Assembly: GCA_965205865.1 (NCBI GenBank)
Contig: CBDBHR010000030.1
Coordinates: 800,001-864,000, forward strand
From: a bacterium
Lineage (GTDB): Bacteria > SAR324 > NAC60-12
Length of the DNA: 64,000 bases
Direction of reading: 5' to 3'
Part shown: piece after piece, positions 62,412 through 64,000 of the stretch
How positions within the stretch are numbered: the first letter of the stretch is position 1
Layout: the number at the start of each line of letters is the position of its first letter
Notes under the pieces: generated by a model
The model's input: only the letters and a program-made list of their open reading frames with translations
What the model was told of the DNA's origin: nothing
Database searches by the model: none
Translations under genes and position numbers: made by a program

Positions 62412-64000
62412 CTAATAACCCATCTCTTTTTTCAGCGCGCTGTCGATCCAGAGGCGGGCCGTGATCGTATTTCTGTCCATATCTCCCAGGTCGGTTTCAC
62501 CGTTAAAACCGATGACCCACGGCTGGAGCACGTGCATCTGTGGAACTCTAGCACCCCATATATGCCAGTGTTTTTCTGTCAAGTACCTATCTATCTCAGT
62601 AACCAGCCTCATCTGCTCCTCAACGGTGGTAGCGGTTACTGCGGCGTCAACCATGGCGTTATAAGTCGGGTCATTCGCATTGGCGGTGTTAAACATATGG
62701 CCCGTGGTAAACGTTTGTATCTCACCTATAGGCTTATCCTCGTACCCCGATATAGTTGGCCATATTCCTAGATGACTTCCAGTTGAGCGTAGCCTAGACC
62801 ACATAGAAGCCCTCTCATCGGTAAAGAACTCTACATCAATGCCAATCGCCTCCCAGTAAGAGGCAGCTAATTCGTGATAGCTTGTATCCCATACTGTCGC
62901 CACTTCCAGGATGGCCTTGAATCTAATCCCATCCGCGCCGCGCGTAAGCCCAGCCGCATCAAGCAACGCTTCTGCCCCTGCCGGGTTATAGGTATAGTAT
63001 CCCTTGAGCTCTTCGGGCCAGTCTGCAAATGGGGTGACATACCCGATCATACCTACCCCCAGGAACCCCTGAGGTGTCGTATCTGCATAACCCAGCCAGA
63101 AGGACTCGTTAATTTCATCAAGGTCCAGTGCCATCTGCATTGCGTGGCGCACATTGACGTCGTCAAAGGGCGGCAATTGCGAGTTAAGACTCCAAGACGA
63201 TTCCGACCGATATGACATCGTCTCAAACACGAGTTCGGGGTTGCTCCGCTTGAGACTCTCGACGTTGTCGAGAGCGCCGGCACCCCTTAATTGAGAGTAG
63301 CCGCCAAACATAGCCATTGCATCAAGCTTACCTGTGCGCATTGCCGACATACGTGTTGCCGGGTCTGGGATAACAAGCATCGCTACCTCGTCAACATAGG
63401 GCAAGCGGTTCTCCGGGTATTTTTCGTCGTAATCCCAGTAGTTAGGATTCTTGGTCCAGGTGACAGAGGTACCGTCAACGAAGTCGGTCATCATGAAAGG
63501 CCCGGTGCCGACCAGGTCCCGCCAGTCTTTGACATTGCCCTTTTCTTTGATGACCTCAGGGGGGTATATATACATAATGTTTTGGACGAGGATTGTCTTC
63601 AGCGCATCGAGGCGTGGCTCCGTCAGCTTAACGACCATCGTATACTTGTCGGTAGCCTCTATCGAATCGAATGGAAGGCTCACCAGCGGGCCGGATACGT
63701 AGGGAGTAGCTTCGGTGTAGCCGCTGCCTGTTCCCGTTACGCGGTGATAGTTGTAAACGATATCATCAGCGGTTAATTCTCTCCCATTCATCGGTGGCTT
63801 CTTATGCCAGTGAACGCCCTTACGGATGTGGAAGATAAGGGTTTTCGCGTCGGGCTGTTCCCAGCTTTCCGCCAGGTTCCCTGTAAGGAGAGCTGGAGGT
63901 ATGTACGTTGTTCTAAAGTTAAATACATCCCTGGGCGTTGCCCAGTCCGCGATGCCAAGCTTCTCTACAACGGCACTGACGTATGTTCCCGGGACGTGAT
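62412..64000 (-). CDS. ABC transporter substrate-binding protein, family 5 (5' end outside the window)
   Basis: Frame stays open to the window edge (LAESWEQPD..WHKKPPMNGREL). Confidence 0.9.
   Translation of the reverse strand, partial: HVPGTYVSAVVEKLGIADWATPRDVFNFRTTYIPPALLTGNLAESWEQPDAKTLIFHIRKGVHWHKKPPMNGRELTADDIVYNYHRVTGTGSGYTEATPYVSGPLVSLPFDSIEATDKYTMVVKLTEPRLDALKTILVQNIMYIYPPEVIKEKGNVKDWRDLVGTGPFMMTDFVDGTSVTWTKNPNYWDYDEKYPENRLPYVDEVAMLVIPDPATRMSAMRTGKLDAMAMFGGYSQLRGAGALDNVESLKRSNPELVFETMSYRSESSWSLNSQLPPFDDVNVRHAMQMALDLDEINESFWLGYADTTPQGFLGVGMIGYVTPFADWPEELKGYYTYNPAGAEALLDAAGLTRGADGIRFKAILEVATVWDTSYHELAASYWEAIGIDVEFFTDERASMWSRLRSTGSHLGIWPTISGYEDKPIGEIQTFTTGHMFNTANANDPTYNAMVDAAVTATTVEEQMRLVTEIDRYLTEKHWHIWGARVPQMHVLQPWVIGFNGETDLGDMDRNTITARLWIDSALKKEMGY

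Overview
Bacterial DNA with two parts. A lower-GC housekeeping core runs from about 12.9 to 35.1 kb: a phoU fusion, queF, fabI, psd, ftsH, two DUF1504 antiporters, yggT/yggS, and a prkA-yeaH-spoVR-prkA operon. Heavily eroded accessory regions flank it. They are dominated by a paralogous family of family-5 (Dpp/Opp/Nik-type) ABC importer modules: 4 binding proteins, 6 dppB-like and 6 dppC-like genes or fragments, and no ATPase gene in the window. These are interspersed with catabolic enzymes (amino-acid racemase, D-cysteine desulfhydrase family, D-aminoacylase, LarA family, SDRs, AKR, HpcH aldolase, LLM fragments). Mobile relics include IS1380, IS5, IS66, IS91 and IS200 remnants, REP/MITE palindromes at gene breakpoints, isolated attC-like sites and an interrupted tmRNA-type att fragment. 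The most striking pattern is re-use of short expression modules: a shared duplicated leader/signal peptide on the binding proteins, the same 43-bp sigma70 promoter in front of two unrelated genes, and a duplicated ECF-type promoter. The style suggests a SAR324/deltaproteobacterium-like, possibly host-associated MAG, but this is unverified. Several single-base frameshifts may be sequencing or assembly errors. All calls come from reading motifs by eye; no searches were run.
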